A stretch of 64,000 bases of DNA from an uncultured virus (IMG/VR IMGVR_UViG_3300031963_000089) (lineage: Duplodnaviria > Heunggongvirae > Uroviricota > Caudoviricetes), in IMG/VR virus record IMGVR_UViG_3300031963_000089, positions 1 to 64,000 of that record; one strand, 5' to 3'. Under the pieces are notes generated by a model. It made no database searches. It was given only the letters and a program-made list of their open reading frames with translations, and was not told the origin of the DNA. The stretch's first letter is position 1. The number at the start of each line of letters is the position of its first letter. A program made the position numbers and the translations under genes. Positions 19,174-30,000 of this stretch are shown here, piece by piece.

Positions 19174-21345
19174 TTAGAAATCTAACTTAACAACTGCTTG
19201 TTGTATACCTTGTCTAACTTGAGGTGATTGGAATTTAGATAATACAAGTAAGTTTTTGTTAGCGTCATATAATCCTATTTCAGACATATAAGGTGTAACA
19301 CCTTGTGTCCAAGTAGGATTTGATGAATTTACAAATTGAGCGTTTGGTAAATTTATAAGATATCTCATTTCGTAAATTGTTGCCTGAATATCAGTATTAA
19401 CATTTCCGTAGAAGAAATATTCATCACCAAAATATAATGTTGACGAACTACCACTAATAGTTGGTAATTCTAATTGATTACCTAAATTATATGTTGCCCC
19501 ATTAGCATAAGTTGTAGGTGTAATTGTAAATGTTGTTGCCGTAAGACCTGATGGATTGATATAACCACCTGATAATGCGGTAGAATAGTTCATTCTAACC
19601 CAATTGTTTGGATTAGGTCTATTCTGAGATGTTGTTCCTGTTTGTGCTAAAATGTAAAAGTCAGTTGCAGAAAATCCTTGTGTTGTACCTGTTGTCATAC
19701 ATTTAAATTCGTTTCCAAATTTAACTGTTACGTTTTGTTCAGTTAGACCACATCCAGTAACAGGCCCAATTATCTTTTGATAATAGTTACAATGCATCCC
19801 TGTCCAAGGACTATCAAAACCATATGTTACCCATACACATTGATTATCATTGTCAAGTAATCCATCAGTTGATGTATCGTTACAAAGTCCAGGTGCACTA
19901 TATCCAAGTTTTGGTGCAGGTAGTGTATAGTTTCTATTTGCAACATAAGTCATTGCCGCAATAATTTCCTCATCATCAAAAACAATTACCTTATCATCAG
20001 GAAATACTTTACCAACTCTACTTGGTCTTCCATCAGGATTTGGGTGAGTATCATATAAATGAAAATACCTAATACCCGGATTATTCATATCAAGATTTTC
20101 ATTTGATTGAATATAATAAGGTGTTAATAAATCATATCCATCAAACCCTGGAGGGTCAATCCAAAATGTTTCTCCACTACAACAACTTATTGGATTTTTA
20201 TGCCACATTAACCAAGGTAGGTTAATTGTAAAATTCCTTGCTTGTCCTGTTGCACCAGGATTTGTTGTATCATATGCCTCACAAGCAAATTTCTCACCAT
20301 AAAAATTAATTATTGTATTGTTTGTATAGTGAACAATTGAAATTGCTTTTTGTTCTTCAGGGGTTACTAATATTTGTTCACCGTATGAATTATAATATGT
20401 AACACCTGATGTATCTGTTTGTCCACTTGAAGACATATACCCGTAATATTCTTTGGTACTAATATAATCTTTGGAACCAAATTCACCATATTGACTATAT
20501 AATGTGGAAATTAATCCCGCAGGACTTTCAGACCACGGAATATTCATATTCCAAATTTTAACTAACCCATCTTCAGGTGTACAAACTGATTCATAATTAA
20601 TAACACTATCACTCCAATAATTCATAGGTGTCGGTAAATCATAACCTGTCATACCTGATGGGTAGAAAAATAATCTAGCTTGACCAGTATTACCTGATAA
20701 ATTAGGTAATAATCTATCAACAACAAGTTGTGTTGTTCCTGAATTCCAACTCTGAACTTGGTAGGTTAATACAGGATAACAAGAATCAATACATCCACAT
20801 GAACTTCCACCACTCATAAAAATAGTTACAAGAGTTCCCGCAGAAATAGTTGTTGCTGATACAGAATCAGGACAAGGATTAGAAATAAGTGTTAAAACTG
20901 AAGTGTTACCAGTTAATCCTGATAAGTTTACAACATATTCTGAATTATAGGTATATGCACTTGTATGATAAGGACTAAAACAAGTAGATGCCGTACTCGC
21001 GGTTACAAAGAAACCGTTAGGTGATGCAGTATTAAATACTGACTCATCCGAAGATGCCATAAATGGAATACCATAAGTTAGTCCTGAAGAACCTTGTAAA
21101 TAAAAAGGATATTTTACATCATTTTTAGTTGAGTTAGGAACCCCTGTAGAATTTTGAGCATTATATGACGGTTCAAGTATTTGAAAATTAGTTATATCAT
21201 AATTTGTAATTGCATTATAATTAACCTCACTATCTCCGATTTGAAAATAAGAAACATTAAAATTACCTTCAGAAATTTTTTTACGTCCAGTATCCGTTAA
21301 TCTTGTAATTAATAATCCTTGATTTTCTTTTATAATATATCCCAT
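19174..21345 (-). CDS. baseplate/tail-collar-type structural protein
   Basis: N-terminal LTDTGRKKISEG...FQIGDSE and C-terminal SEIGLYDANKNLL...P...KLDF resemble the two halves of a tail-collar fibre domain around a large insert. Confidence 0.6.
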   Translation of the reverse strand: MGYIIKENQGLLITRLTDTGRKKISEGNFNVSYFQIGDSEVNYNAITNYDITNFQILEPSYNAQNSTGVPNSTKNDVKYPFYLQGSSGLTYGIPFMASSDESVFNTASPNGFFVTASTASTCFSPYHTSAYTYNSEYVVNLSGLTGNTSVLTLISNPCPDSVSATTISAGTLVTIFMSGGSSCGCIDSCYPVLTYQVQSWNSGTTQLVVDRLLPNLSGNTGQARLFFYPSGMTGYDLPTPMNYWSDSVINYESVCTPEDGLVKIWNMNIPWSESPAGLISTLYSQYGEFGSKDYISTKEYYGYMSSSGQTDTSGVTYYNSYGEQILVTPEEQKAISIVHYTNNTIINFYGEKFACEAYDTTNPGATGQARNFTINLPWLMWHKNPISCCSGETFWIDPPGFDGYDLLTPYYIQSNENLDMNNPGIRYFHLYDTHPNPDGRPSRVGKVFPDDKVIVFDDEEIIAAMTYVANRNYTLPAPKLGYSAPGLCNDTSTDGLLDNDNQCVWVTYGFDSPWTGMHCNYYQKIIGPVTGCGLTEQNVTVKFGNEFKCMTTGTTQGFSATDFYILAQTGTTSQNRPNPNNWVRMNYSTALSGGYINPSGLTATTFTITPTTYANGATYNLGNQLELPTISGSSSTLYFGDEYFFYGNVNTDIQATIYEMRYLINLPNAQFVNSSNPTWTQGVTPYMSEIGLYDANKNLLVLSKFQSPQVRQGIQQAVVKLDF

Positions 21346-21371
21346 TGTTTATAATTATCTTTGTTTCATTT

Positions 21372-23402
21372 TTATTGTGTGTTTTCTTCCGGTGGTGAAG
21401 GAGCACTTGGATTACAAATAAGTGACGTATTAGTTAGTGTAATTGGAATTGGTGGTGATGTTTTATTATACCTCATATGAACAGTAGATGTTCCAATAGT
21501 ATAAGTAGGAGGTATGGTTATACAACACTGAGCCCCACTAGGAGTGATTGAATACATTTGAACTGTTACAATACCTCGTACATCTTTATTACTACAAAGA
21601 CCGGATGGATTATTAAATACCCATGCAAAACCACAATTATTTATTTGAATTGTTGACCCAAAAACATTTAGTGTATAATTTGTTGACTCGTAAACTTTAG
21701 TATAAATTACATATGGTGGACAATTACCAACCGCAGGTTGTGTTGTTGATTGGTCAATAATTAAGTTCCAAGTACCCGATGGTAATAATGGCGATATCCC
21801 AATACTTGCCGTGGCACCAGAGTAAAAATATTGATAAGTAATTCTAACTTTACCAATTAGTTGACACGATGAAGGTATATTAGATATTACAGTTTTAAAA
21901 TTCCATTTTTGATTACCACCTGTATTCAAATTAACAAGAGCCCCAGCAGAAAATGCACAATTTGAATACGTGATAGTTGAAGGTGTTGTTGATGTAATAT
22001 TAAATGAAACAATATCACTTAAATTACCATCACCGTCTATTACTTGAGCTGTGTGTCCCCCACTACATAATCCAAAAAATACAGGTGAGTTTTGTTCAAC
22101 ATCATCAACAAAATAAATATATGGCCCACCAAATGATGAACTAGGTATTAAAGTTACACCACCTTGACACTGTGTTGAATTATCACAATAATTTTCAACT
22201 TGTACAGTTAATGTAGGTGTTATTGCCGAGCAAACACCTGAAGTCACAATAATTGATGATATACTTGGCCCAGGTGTAAATGTACCTGAACCGTACCAAC
22301 CACTATCTTGTGGTTTAATCGCAAAAGGATTTTGAATAGTAAATGAAGAAGTTTGTTCTTGTTGACACTGTGTTGGTATTGGTAATGGAGCATTATGGTT
22401 TTCAACTGAACTTACCCAACTTGTATCCCAAAATAAACTCATTCCTGTAACAGAAATCTCAGAAGGATTATCAAGAGTATATAACGGTCTTAAATTGTAG
22501 GTTGATGCACTTGTAAAATTCAAATAAAACTCAACACCACAATAATCAAAATTCATACATAATTTATCAGGATAAATTATCTCAGCAGGATTCTCAACCA
22601 AACAAGATGTTGTTGCAGTTTGTGAATAAATTCCAATACCACTATCAACAACAGTTATGTTGTATGTTCCAGCACTTAAATTAGTAAGTGGTAATGTTAT
22701 AGAAGAACCTGAGTAATAGTAATTATATGGTGGTGTTCCACCTGTAACATACAATGTTAAACTACCATCATTAAATCCATTAATAGTAGGATTTGTAACC
22801 TGACACTCAGCATAAATGTTATCAGGTAACTCAGGAATAACACAATCAATAGTTTGTACATTATCACCATAATAGTCCGCAACTATTGTTGAGTATGTAC
22901 CAGGTATAACATCATTATAAAGTAAATATGTATTATTTGTTGGCTCTATAGCTTGACCAATTTGAGTTTCAGTTCCCGCACTATAAAAACTATATGGTGG
23001 TGTACCACCTGTAACAAATAAACTAACTGAACCAGTTGTTGACCCGTCTAATGTTGGGAACACACTATCACATTCAACATAGAATGGAAAAATTGTTTTA
23101 ACAGTACATTCATTTACTGTTGTAAAAATACCTGTACTCTGACTACCAAAATCAATTGTAATACCTGTTGGACAAGGATTTAATAAAATACAATTAGCAC
23201 AAGATGTCTGTGCAGTCATACCAACTAAATCATAAATCAAAGGTTCATAAAATAATTCAGGTAATTCAACGTATGTTCCACATAACGTATCACCTTGTGT
23301 TGTTTCAATATAATAAATTTCATATTCTGAAACAGAACCAGGTATACCATTTACATAGAAATAGTCCTCAATATCACAACAATTTTGAAATCCAAAAGCC
23401 AT
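21372..23402 (-). CDS. Cys-rich virion protein with SprB-like repeats
   Basis: Repeats of GSxxLxVTGGTPPY...L(S)AGTYxxxVxD. N-terminus paralogous to that of 16021..18477. Confidence 0.75.
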   Translation of the reverse strand: MAFGFQNCCDIEDYFYVNGIPGSVSEYEIYYIETTQGDTLCGTYVELPELFYEPLIYDLVGMTAQTSCANCILLNPCPTGITIDFGSQSTGIFTTVNECTVKTIFPFYVECDSVFPTLDGSTTGSVSLFVTGGTPPYSFYSAGTETQIGQAIEPTNNTYLLYNDVIPGTYSTIVADYYGDNVQTIDCVIPELPDNIYAECQVTNPTINGFNDGSLTLYVTGGTPPYNYYYSGSSITLPLTNLSAGTYNITVVDSGIGIYSQTATTSCLVENPAEIIYPDKLCMNFDYCGVEFYLNFTSASTYNLRPLYTLDNPSEISVTGMSLFWDTSWVSSVENHNAPLPIPTQCQQEQTSSFTIQNPFAIKPQDSGWYGSGTFTPGPSISSIIVTSGVCSAITPTLTVQVENYCDNSTQCQGGVTLIPSSSFGGPYIYFVDDVEQNSPVFFGLCSGGHTAQVIDGDGNLSDIVSFNITSTTPSTITYSNCAFSAGALVNLNTGGNQKWNFKTVISNIPSSCQLIGKVRITYQYFYSGATASIGISPLLPSGTWNLIIDQSTTQPAVGNCPPYVIYTKVYESTNYTLNVFGSTIQINNCGFAWVFNNPSGLCSNKDVRGIVTVQMYSITPSGAQCCITIPPTYTIGTSTVHMRYNKTSPPIPITLTNTSLICNPSAPSPPEENTQ

Positions 23403-23448
23403 TACTTATAAATAACAAAAAAACTGTTTTTATCCACACTTAATTTAT

Positions 23449-23670
23449 TTAACATGAAAGTATTTGAGTTGTTTCACAAGAATTACCATCAATAACTTTA
23501 CAAAACACTGTTGTTGACCCTGTAAGAGATATAGGTAAATTAACAATAACAGGCCAATAAACAGGGTCATATTCCGTTTGAACCAAAGAACAATTATTAC
23601 CCGCGAAATCACATAAATAAATTTGAAAGGGAGGTGTTCCATTAATATTGGATATTTCAACGTATGTCAT
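23449..23670 (-). CDS. small Cys-rich beta-domain protein
   Basis: GTPPFQIYLC...KVIDGNSC, a paralogue of 15792..16016. Confidence 0.75.
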   Translation of the reverse strand: MTYVEISNINGTPPFQIYLCDFAGNNCSLVQTEYDPVYWPVIVNLPISLTGSTTVFCKVIDGNSCETTQILSC

Positions 23671-23679
23671 ATTATATAA

Positions 23680-24558
23680 TTACCAACAAGTTACAATTAC
23701 TAATCCATTTCCACCTCTCCCACCTGTTCCACCTGTGGTTCCAGCACCTCCACCACCTCCACCACTACCAGGTCCTCCATCACCACCATTACCACCAGCA
23801 ACGTTTGCCGAACCTCCTCCTGTACCACCAAGAGATACAAAAGGTTTCCACATAAACATACCGTCAATACCTCTACCACCATCTGCTGCACCACCTGCGA
23901 CATTTTGAACAAACCCTGCACCTGTAATAGAACCTCCAGCTGAGGTCACGTTACCTGCGGTACGACCCGCACCTCCACATCCCGAACCAAGTGGGACTAC
24001 CCCTGTCCCGTATGTGTTTACAGTAGGAACACCAGTTGCACTACCCGCAATACCATTAATACCCGCCCTTGCAACAAATTCACCTAAGGATGTCATGGCA
24101 GCTATGTTAGCCGCTGTGCCAGTACCCCCATTACCTCCTGTACCACCCGCACCTACAGTTCCAGGGTTTCCACCTGAACCACCGTTAAGACTAATTAGTA
24201 GATACGTTTGTGCGTTTCCAACACCTCCAACATTTGTTGCAATTGAAGTTGAACCTCCGTTAGAACCAACAGTATTTGCAGCACCTCCAGCCCCACCAGC
24301 GCCAACAGTAACTATTAAATTATCAGTTAAAAATATCCTTGGAATAATAATACGGTTAATCGCACCTGAACCTCCACCTCCACCACCACCAGCAGCTCCA
24401 GTTGCATCTGTAAAACCTCCACCACCACCACCGCCTGGACTTATTAAAACAACATGTACCATAGAAACACCGTTAGGTAATGCACAATTATGAACACCCG
24501 CACTACTGAAGATTTGTACTTTATGACCAATATTTGTTAAATTATATGCAAAATCCAT
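23680..24558 (-). CDS. glycine-rich virion/fibre protein, paralogue 3
   Basis: PxG(V/I)xM...GGGGG, IPxxFxTDxL and C-terminal GLVIVTCW. Confidence 0.8.
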   Translation of the reverse strand: MDFAYNLTNIGHKVQIFSSAGVHNCALPNGVSMVHVVLISPGGGGGGGFTDATGAAGGGGGGGSGAINRIIIPRIFLTDNLIVTVGAGGAGGAANTVGSNGGSTSIATNVGGVGNAQTYLLISLNGGSGGNPGTVGAGGTGGNGGTGTAANIAAMTSLGEFVARAGINGIAGSATGVPTVNTYGTGVVPLGSGCGGAGRTAGNVTSAGGSITGAGFVQNVAGGAADGGRGIDGMFMWKPFVSLGGTGGGSANVAGGNGGDGGPGSGGGGGGAGTTGGTGGRGGNGLVIVTCW

Positions 24559-24568
24559 AGTTATATTT

Positions 24569-25456
24569 TTACCAACACTGTATTATTACCAAACCATCAC
24601 CACCTCTTCCACCAACACCTCCAACACCTGTGGGTGAAGTACCTGCACCACCTCCTCCACCACCACATCCAATATTACCATTACCACCAGCACCACCTGA
24701 AACAGGAGTTGTTCCTCCACCACCACCTCCACTTCCTCCGACAGAATAAAATGGTGTTAATGAAAATACACCAGGTGTCCCATCAGATGTTATAGTATTT
24801 CCAATACCGCCAGGATTTGTTGGTACAAAACCACCACCTGTCAAATTACCACCGTTTGTTGCCGTAGTCGCACCTGCTGCCATACCCCCTCCACCAGCAC
24901 CTGATGTGAATGGTAACCCAATAGTCGCACCATAAGTAACTGAAGTGCCATTTGTAGTTGTTCCGTTACCACCACCTTGACCTCCAAGAGCAAACCATTG
25001 TCCTAATGTTGAATATAAAGCTTGAGCAACGTTAGCCGCGGTCGCACCAACTCCCCCTGTCGCACCAACACCACCTGTTCCCCCTGAAGCAACAACAACA
25101 AAAGTAGATACACCATTATTACGTGGAACTGGCATATCAACAGACGTGTTACCTCCCACACTACCTGAACCTGCACCTGAGGCTCCACCTGCCCCTCCTA
25201 AACCAATATTTATTATAAGTGAATCTGTTACAAACATTTCAGGAATTATTACTCTTGTAATCGCACCTGAACCTCCACCTCCACCACCTGACCTTGCGTT
25301 AGCGGATGTGTTTGTCGCACCACCAGCACCACCACCTCCAGCACCAATTGCCGTGATAGATAACATAGTTATACCAGGTGGTTTTATCCAACTACCCGAC
25401 TGATAAAACACACTCGTTTTATACGTTGTATCCGCTAAATTATATAAAAAACTCAT
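24569..25456 (-). CDS. glycine-rich virion/fibre protein, paralogue 2
   Basis: WIKPPGITML...IGAGGGG...GLVIIQCW. Confidence 0.8.
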   Translation of the reverse strand: MSFLYNLADTTYKTSVFYQSGSWIKPPGITMLSITAIGAGGGGAGGATNTSANARSGGGGGGSGAITRVIIPEMFVTDSLIINIGLGGAGGASGAGSGSVGGNTSVDMPVPRNNGVSTFVVVASGGTGGVGATGGVGATAANVAQALYSTLGQWFALGGQGGGNGTTTNGTSVTYGATIGLPFTSGAGGGGMAAGATTATNGGNLTGGGFVPTNPGGIGNTITSDGTPGVFSLTPFYSVGGSGGGGGGTTPVSGGAGGNGNIGCGGGGGGAGTSPTGVGGVGGRGGDGLVIIQCW

Positions 25457-25468
25457 ATTATATACTTA

Positions 25469-26377
25469 TTACCAACATGTAATTATTACCATACCAGGTC
25501 CACCATTTCCACCTGTTCCACCTGTGGTTCCAGCACCTCCACCTCCACCTCCACTTCCAATCTCACCCTTACCACCAGAACCTCCAGTACCACCAGCAAC
25601 AGAACCACCACCAGCTCCACCAACACTATAAAAACCTTTTAATCTAGAAGTTCCGCTACCACCATTTTGAGCACCTCCAGCACCTCCACCTGTACCACCC
25701 ACAGATGAAGGCATAAATAAAACACCTGAAACATTACCACCATTAAAATTTCCGTTAGCTGCACTTTTTCCACCTCCAGCGGCTCCTCCTGATACAGTTG
25801 TACTATTACCGTTAATTGTCACACTACCACCTATTGCCGCGTTAGCACCTGCGGCACCCGCCTGACCTGCGATAGATAAAAAAGTCCCTAATGCTTGATA
25901 AACAGCGTTAGTCTGTGCACCAATAGCCCCTGCACCACCTCCAGCCGAAGCACCTCCCGCAACACCTACGTTACCACCTTGACCACCATTAGCCTGTATT
26001 ACTCTTGTTGCCGCAACGTCACTACCTCTAGCACAATCAACAAAAGTATTACCCGCAGTTGCTCCTCCACTACCTCCAGAGCCACCAATACCACCCGCAG
26101 CGACAGTTATTTCTAAACTGTCGGTTAAAAAAATCGCAGGAATAGTAAGTCTTGTTATAGCCCCCGAGCCACCACCTGAACCACCAGACGCAGCGGTACT
26201 AACAGATGAGTTACCTGAACCACCTCCACCACCAGCACCAATTGCCGTGATGTGTATCATGGTAATACCTCTTGGTTTAATCCAATAAAAAACGCTTGAA
26301 GCGGTATTATTACCAATAGGTCCAATAAAGACTTGGTCTTTATATTGATTATCCGCTAAATGATAATAATCTATCAT
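25469..26377 (-). CDS. glycine-rich virion/fibre protein, paralogue 1
   Basis: WIKPRGITMI...IGAGGGG...GMVIITCW. Confidence 0.8.
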   Translation of the reverse strand: MIDYYHLADNQYKDQVFIGPIGNNTASSVFYWIKPRGITMIHITAIGAGGGGGSGNSSVSTAASGGSGGGSGAITRLTIPAIFLTDSLEITVAAGGIGGSGGSGGATAGNTFVDCARGSDVAATRVIQANGGQGGNVGVAGGASAGGGAGAIGAQTNAVYQALGTFLSIAGQAGAAGANAAIGGSVTINGNSTTVSGGAAGGGKSAANGNFNGGNVSGVLFMPSSVGGTGGGAGGAQNGGSGTSRLKGFYSVGGAGGGSVAGGTGGSGGKGEIGSGGGGGGAGTTGGTGGNGGPGMVIITCW

Positions 26378-26383
26378 AATACA

Positions 26384-26572
26384 TTACGCCCATGATGGTG
26401 TTACTTTACGTGGTGGCGAATATTTAAATCTATATCCATACGGACCTTCTATAACTAAAGTGTTACCACTTAAATCAGTTAATCTAAGTAACTCGGTACC
26501 TTCATTATTTAACTCTTGGTATCCTTCACTTACAGGACTACCGTATTCAAAAACAATTTCATAGTATATCAT
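26384..26572 (-). CDS. small hypothetical protein, possible fibre assembly factor (start re-assigned to 26572)
   Basis: MIYYEIVFEYG... with a TAATG stop/start overlap to the upstream gene. Confidence 0.6.
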   Translation of the reverse strand: MIYYEIVFEYGSPVSEGYQELNNEGTELLRLTDLSGNTLVIEGPYGYRFKYSPPRKVTPSWA

Positions 26573-26991
26573 TAGTAATCTCCTCCTATAACTGTAGCTT
26601 GTATTCCCGCAACAACTGCTGTACCTATGGTACAATACATAATATATCCGGCAGGTAATGCAAAGTTTAATGGTAATTCATAGTTTGTTGACGCACTAGT
26701 TTGAGACGCAGTATTTGCAGCAATTGTGATTTCATCCCAAATTGTGCTGTTATTGGGAGTTGCCAAAGCGCCTCCATTATTTATAAAAACCCTAGCCATT
26801 GTAGCGGCATTATTCGTGTTAGTGGACTGATGTCTAAATCTTATCTTTTGAACATAACTTCCGTTAGTATTCGCACTAAAAACCATATATGAAGTTCCCG
26901 CAGACAAGTTACCTGTATTGGCAACCGTCATATTAGTCGTCCACATAATCTCAGGTGTTAGTGTAAAAATTGGAGCTGTATTTGCTGGCAT
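26572..26991 (-). CDS. small beta-rich virion protein, 139 aa
   Basis: MPANTAPIF... preceded by TATTTATA at 27027-27020. Confidence 0.7.
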   Translation of the reverse strand: MPANTAPIFTLTPEIMWTTNMTVANTGNLSAGTSYMVFSANTNGSYVQKIRFRHQSTNTNNAATMARVFINNGGALATPNNSTIWDEITIAANTASQTSASTNYELPLNFALPAGYIMYCTIGTAVVAGIQATVIGGDY

Positions 26992-27027
26992 ATTATTATA
27001 TTAGTTTAATTTCTTTTATTATAAATA

Positions 27028-30000
27028 TTATATATAGTTAAAATTGTTTGCAGTTGTATAAACAAGTCCTAAAGTGAACGAACCACCCGCCGCTCCATCA
27101 ACACCACTTGTTCCTGATGAACCTGAACCAGAACTTCCTGATGAACCACTTGAACCAGAACCTGATGTTCCTGATGAACCAGCAGTACCTGAAGAACCAC
27201 TTGAACCAGAACCTGATGTCCCAGATGAACCCGCGGTACCTGAAGAACCACTTGAGCCAGAACCTGAAGTCCCCGATGAACCCGCAGTACCTGAAGAACC
27301 ACTTGAACCAGAACCTGATGTTCCTGATGAACCAGCAGTACCTGAACTACCTGATGAACCCGAACTACCTGAAGTACCTGATGTTCCAGATGAACCGCTA
27401 GTACCACTACTTCCATTTGACCCTGAAGTTCCCGATGAACCTGAAGTACCTGATGACCCTGAAGTTCCCGATGAACCACTAGTTCCTCTTGAACCCGTAC
27501 TACCCGATGAACCAGAGCTTCCTGATGACCCACTTGAACCCGAACCAGATGTTCCTGAAGAACCTGAACCTGATGACCCACTTGAACCAGATGTTCCACT
27601 AATACCATCTAGACCACTTGTTCCTGAAGAACCTGAACCTGAACTTCCTGATGACCCAGCACTTCCTGATGTTCCCGAAGAACCGCTAGTTCCTGATGAA
27701 CCTGAACCAGAACTTCCCGATGACCCAGCGCTTCCTGATGTTCCTGAAGAACCACTTGTTCCACTACTTCCTGTGATACCCGACGAACCAGAACTACCTG
27801 ATGAGCCAGCACTTCCTGATGTTCCTGAAGAACCACTTGTTCCACTTGAACCAGAACTACCCGATGACCCAGCGCTTCCTGAAGTTCCACTTGTACCGCT
27901 AGAACCTGAAGTTCCCGATGAACCACTGGTACCTCTTGACCCTGTACTTCCTGAAGAACCTGAACTTCCACTTGAGCCTGATGAACCTGATGTTCCCGAA
28001 GAGCCGCTAGACCCACTTGAACCTGATGAACCTGACGAGCCACTCGAACCAGATGTTCCTGATGAACCGCTAGTCCCCGAAGAACCTGAACCTGAACTTC
28101 CTGATGACCCAGCACTTCCACTTGAGCCAGAGGTACCCGAAGAACCTGACGTTCCGCTACTACCTGTAATACCCGATGAACCAGAACTTCCTGATGAACC
28201 ACTACTACCTGATGTTCCTGAACTACCACTAGTTCCACTACTTCCTGTAATACCTGAAGAACCTGAACTACCACTACTTCCTGATGAACCACTAGTTCCA
28301 CTACTTCCTGTAATACCTGAAGAACCACTACTTCCTGATGAACCACTAGTTCCTGATGAGCCAGACGTTCCCGAAGAACCAGTATTTCCACTAGAACCTG
28401 AAGAACCACTTGTACCCGATGAACCCGATGTTCCACTAGAACCCGATGAACCACTTGAACCAGTGCTACCTGAAGAACCGCTAGTTCCTGATGTACCTGA
28501 TGAACCTGAAGTTCCTCTTGAACCTGTACTTCCTGAAGAACCAGAACTTCCGCTTGAACCTGATGACCCACTTGAACCTGAAGTTCCTGATGAACCACTA
28601 GTTCCTGATGAGCCAGCACTTCCTGATGACCCTGAACTTCCTGAAGAACCTGAAGTCCCTGAACTACCACTAGTTCCACTACTTCCTGTTAAGCCTGAAG
28701 ACCCACTACTTCCTGAAGAACCACTTGTTCCTGATGAACCTGATGTACCAGAACTACCTGTATTACCTGAACTCCCACTTGAACCTGAACTTCCTGAAGA
28801 GCCTGAAGTTCCAGAACTACCACTTGTACCCGAAGAACCTGTATTACCCGAACTTCCACTTGAACCAGCACTACCTGATGAACCGCTAGTTCCAGAAGAA
28901 CCTGATGTGCCAGAACTTCCAGTAATACCTGATGAACCTGAACTACCACTTGAACCTGAGCTCCCTGAAGTTCCAGAACTTCCACTAGTACCCGATGAAC
29001 CTGTATTTCCACTTGAACCTGAACTACCCGCACTTCCACTTGAACCCGATGTTCCTGAACTTCCACTTGTTCCTGATGAACCTGTATTACCCGAACTTCC
29101 GCTACTTCCTGAAGAACCACTTGACCCTGAAGTACCCGAAGAACCAGATGTTCCTGAACTTCCACTTGAACCAGAAGAACCGCTAGTCCCTGATGTACCT
29201 GAAGAACCACTTGTTCCTCTTGAGCCCGTACTACCTGATGACCCTGAGCTTCCACTTGAACCTGAGCTTCCTGAAGTTCCAGAAGAACCACTTGTTCCAC
29301 TACTTCCAGTATTACCTGACGAACCTGACGACCCACTTGAGCCAGAAGAACCTGAAGTTCCAGAAGAACCACTTGTTCCACTTGAGCCAGCACTTCCGCT
29401 AGACCCCGAACTACCTGAAGAGCCAGAAGAACCTGATGTTCCACTTGACCCAGAAGTTCCTGATGAACCACTATTACCCGAAGAACCTGAGCTTCCACTT
29501 GAACCAGAAGAACCTGATGTTCCTGAAGAACCTCCAGTACCACTTGAGCCAGTACTTCCACTACTACCTGATGAACCCGAACTTCCTGATGTACCTGAAC
29601 TACCACTAGTCCCTGAAGAACCTGTATTTCCACTTGAACCCGAACTACCCGAAGAACCCGATGAACCTGTACTACCTGAACTTCCACTTGAGCCTGAAGA
29701 CCCTGATGTTCCACTACTACCCGATGTACCTGAGCTTCCACTAGACCCTGACGAACCACTTGAGCCAGAAGAACCTGATGTTCCAGAACTTCCACTAGTA
29801 CCGGATGAGCCAGTGTTTCCGCTTGAACCTGAACTACCCGAGCTTCCTGAAGAACCACTTGTACCTACTGAACCTGAAGTACCAGCACTACCGCTAGAAC
29901 CACTACTTCCACTTGAACCTGATGAACCTGAGCTTCCACTAGAACCAGAACTACCTGATGTACCAGAACTTCCGTTAGAACCTGATGTACCTGAACTTCC

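Noticed and set aside
15792..23670. Invertible (phase-variable) segment
   Set aside because: Paralogy is visible only at protein level. No nucleotide inverted repeats or invertase gene were seen.
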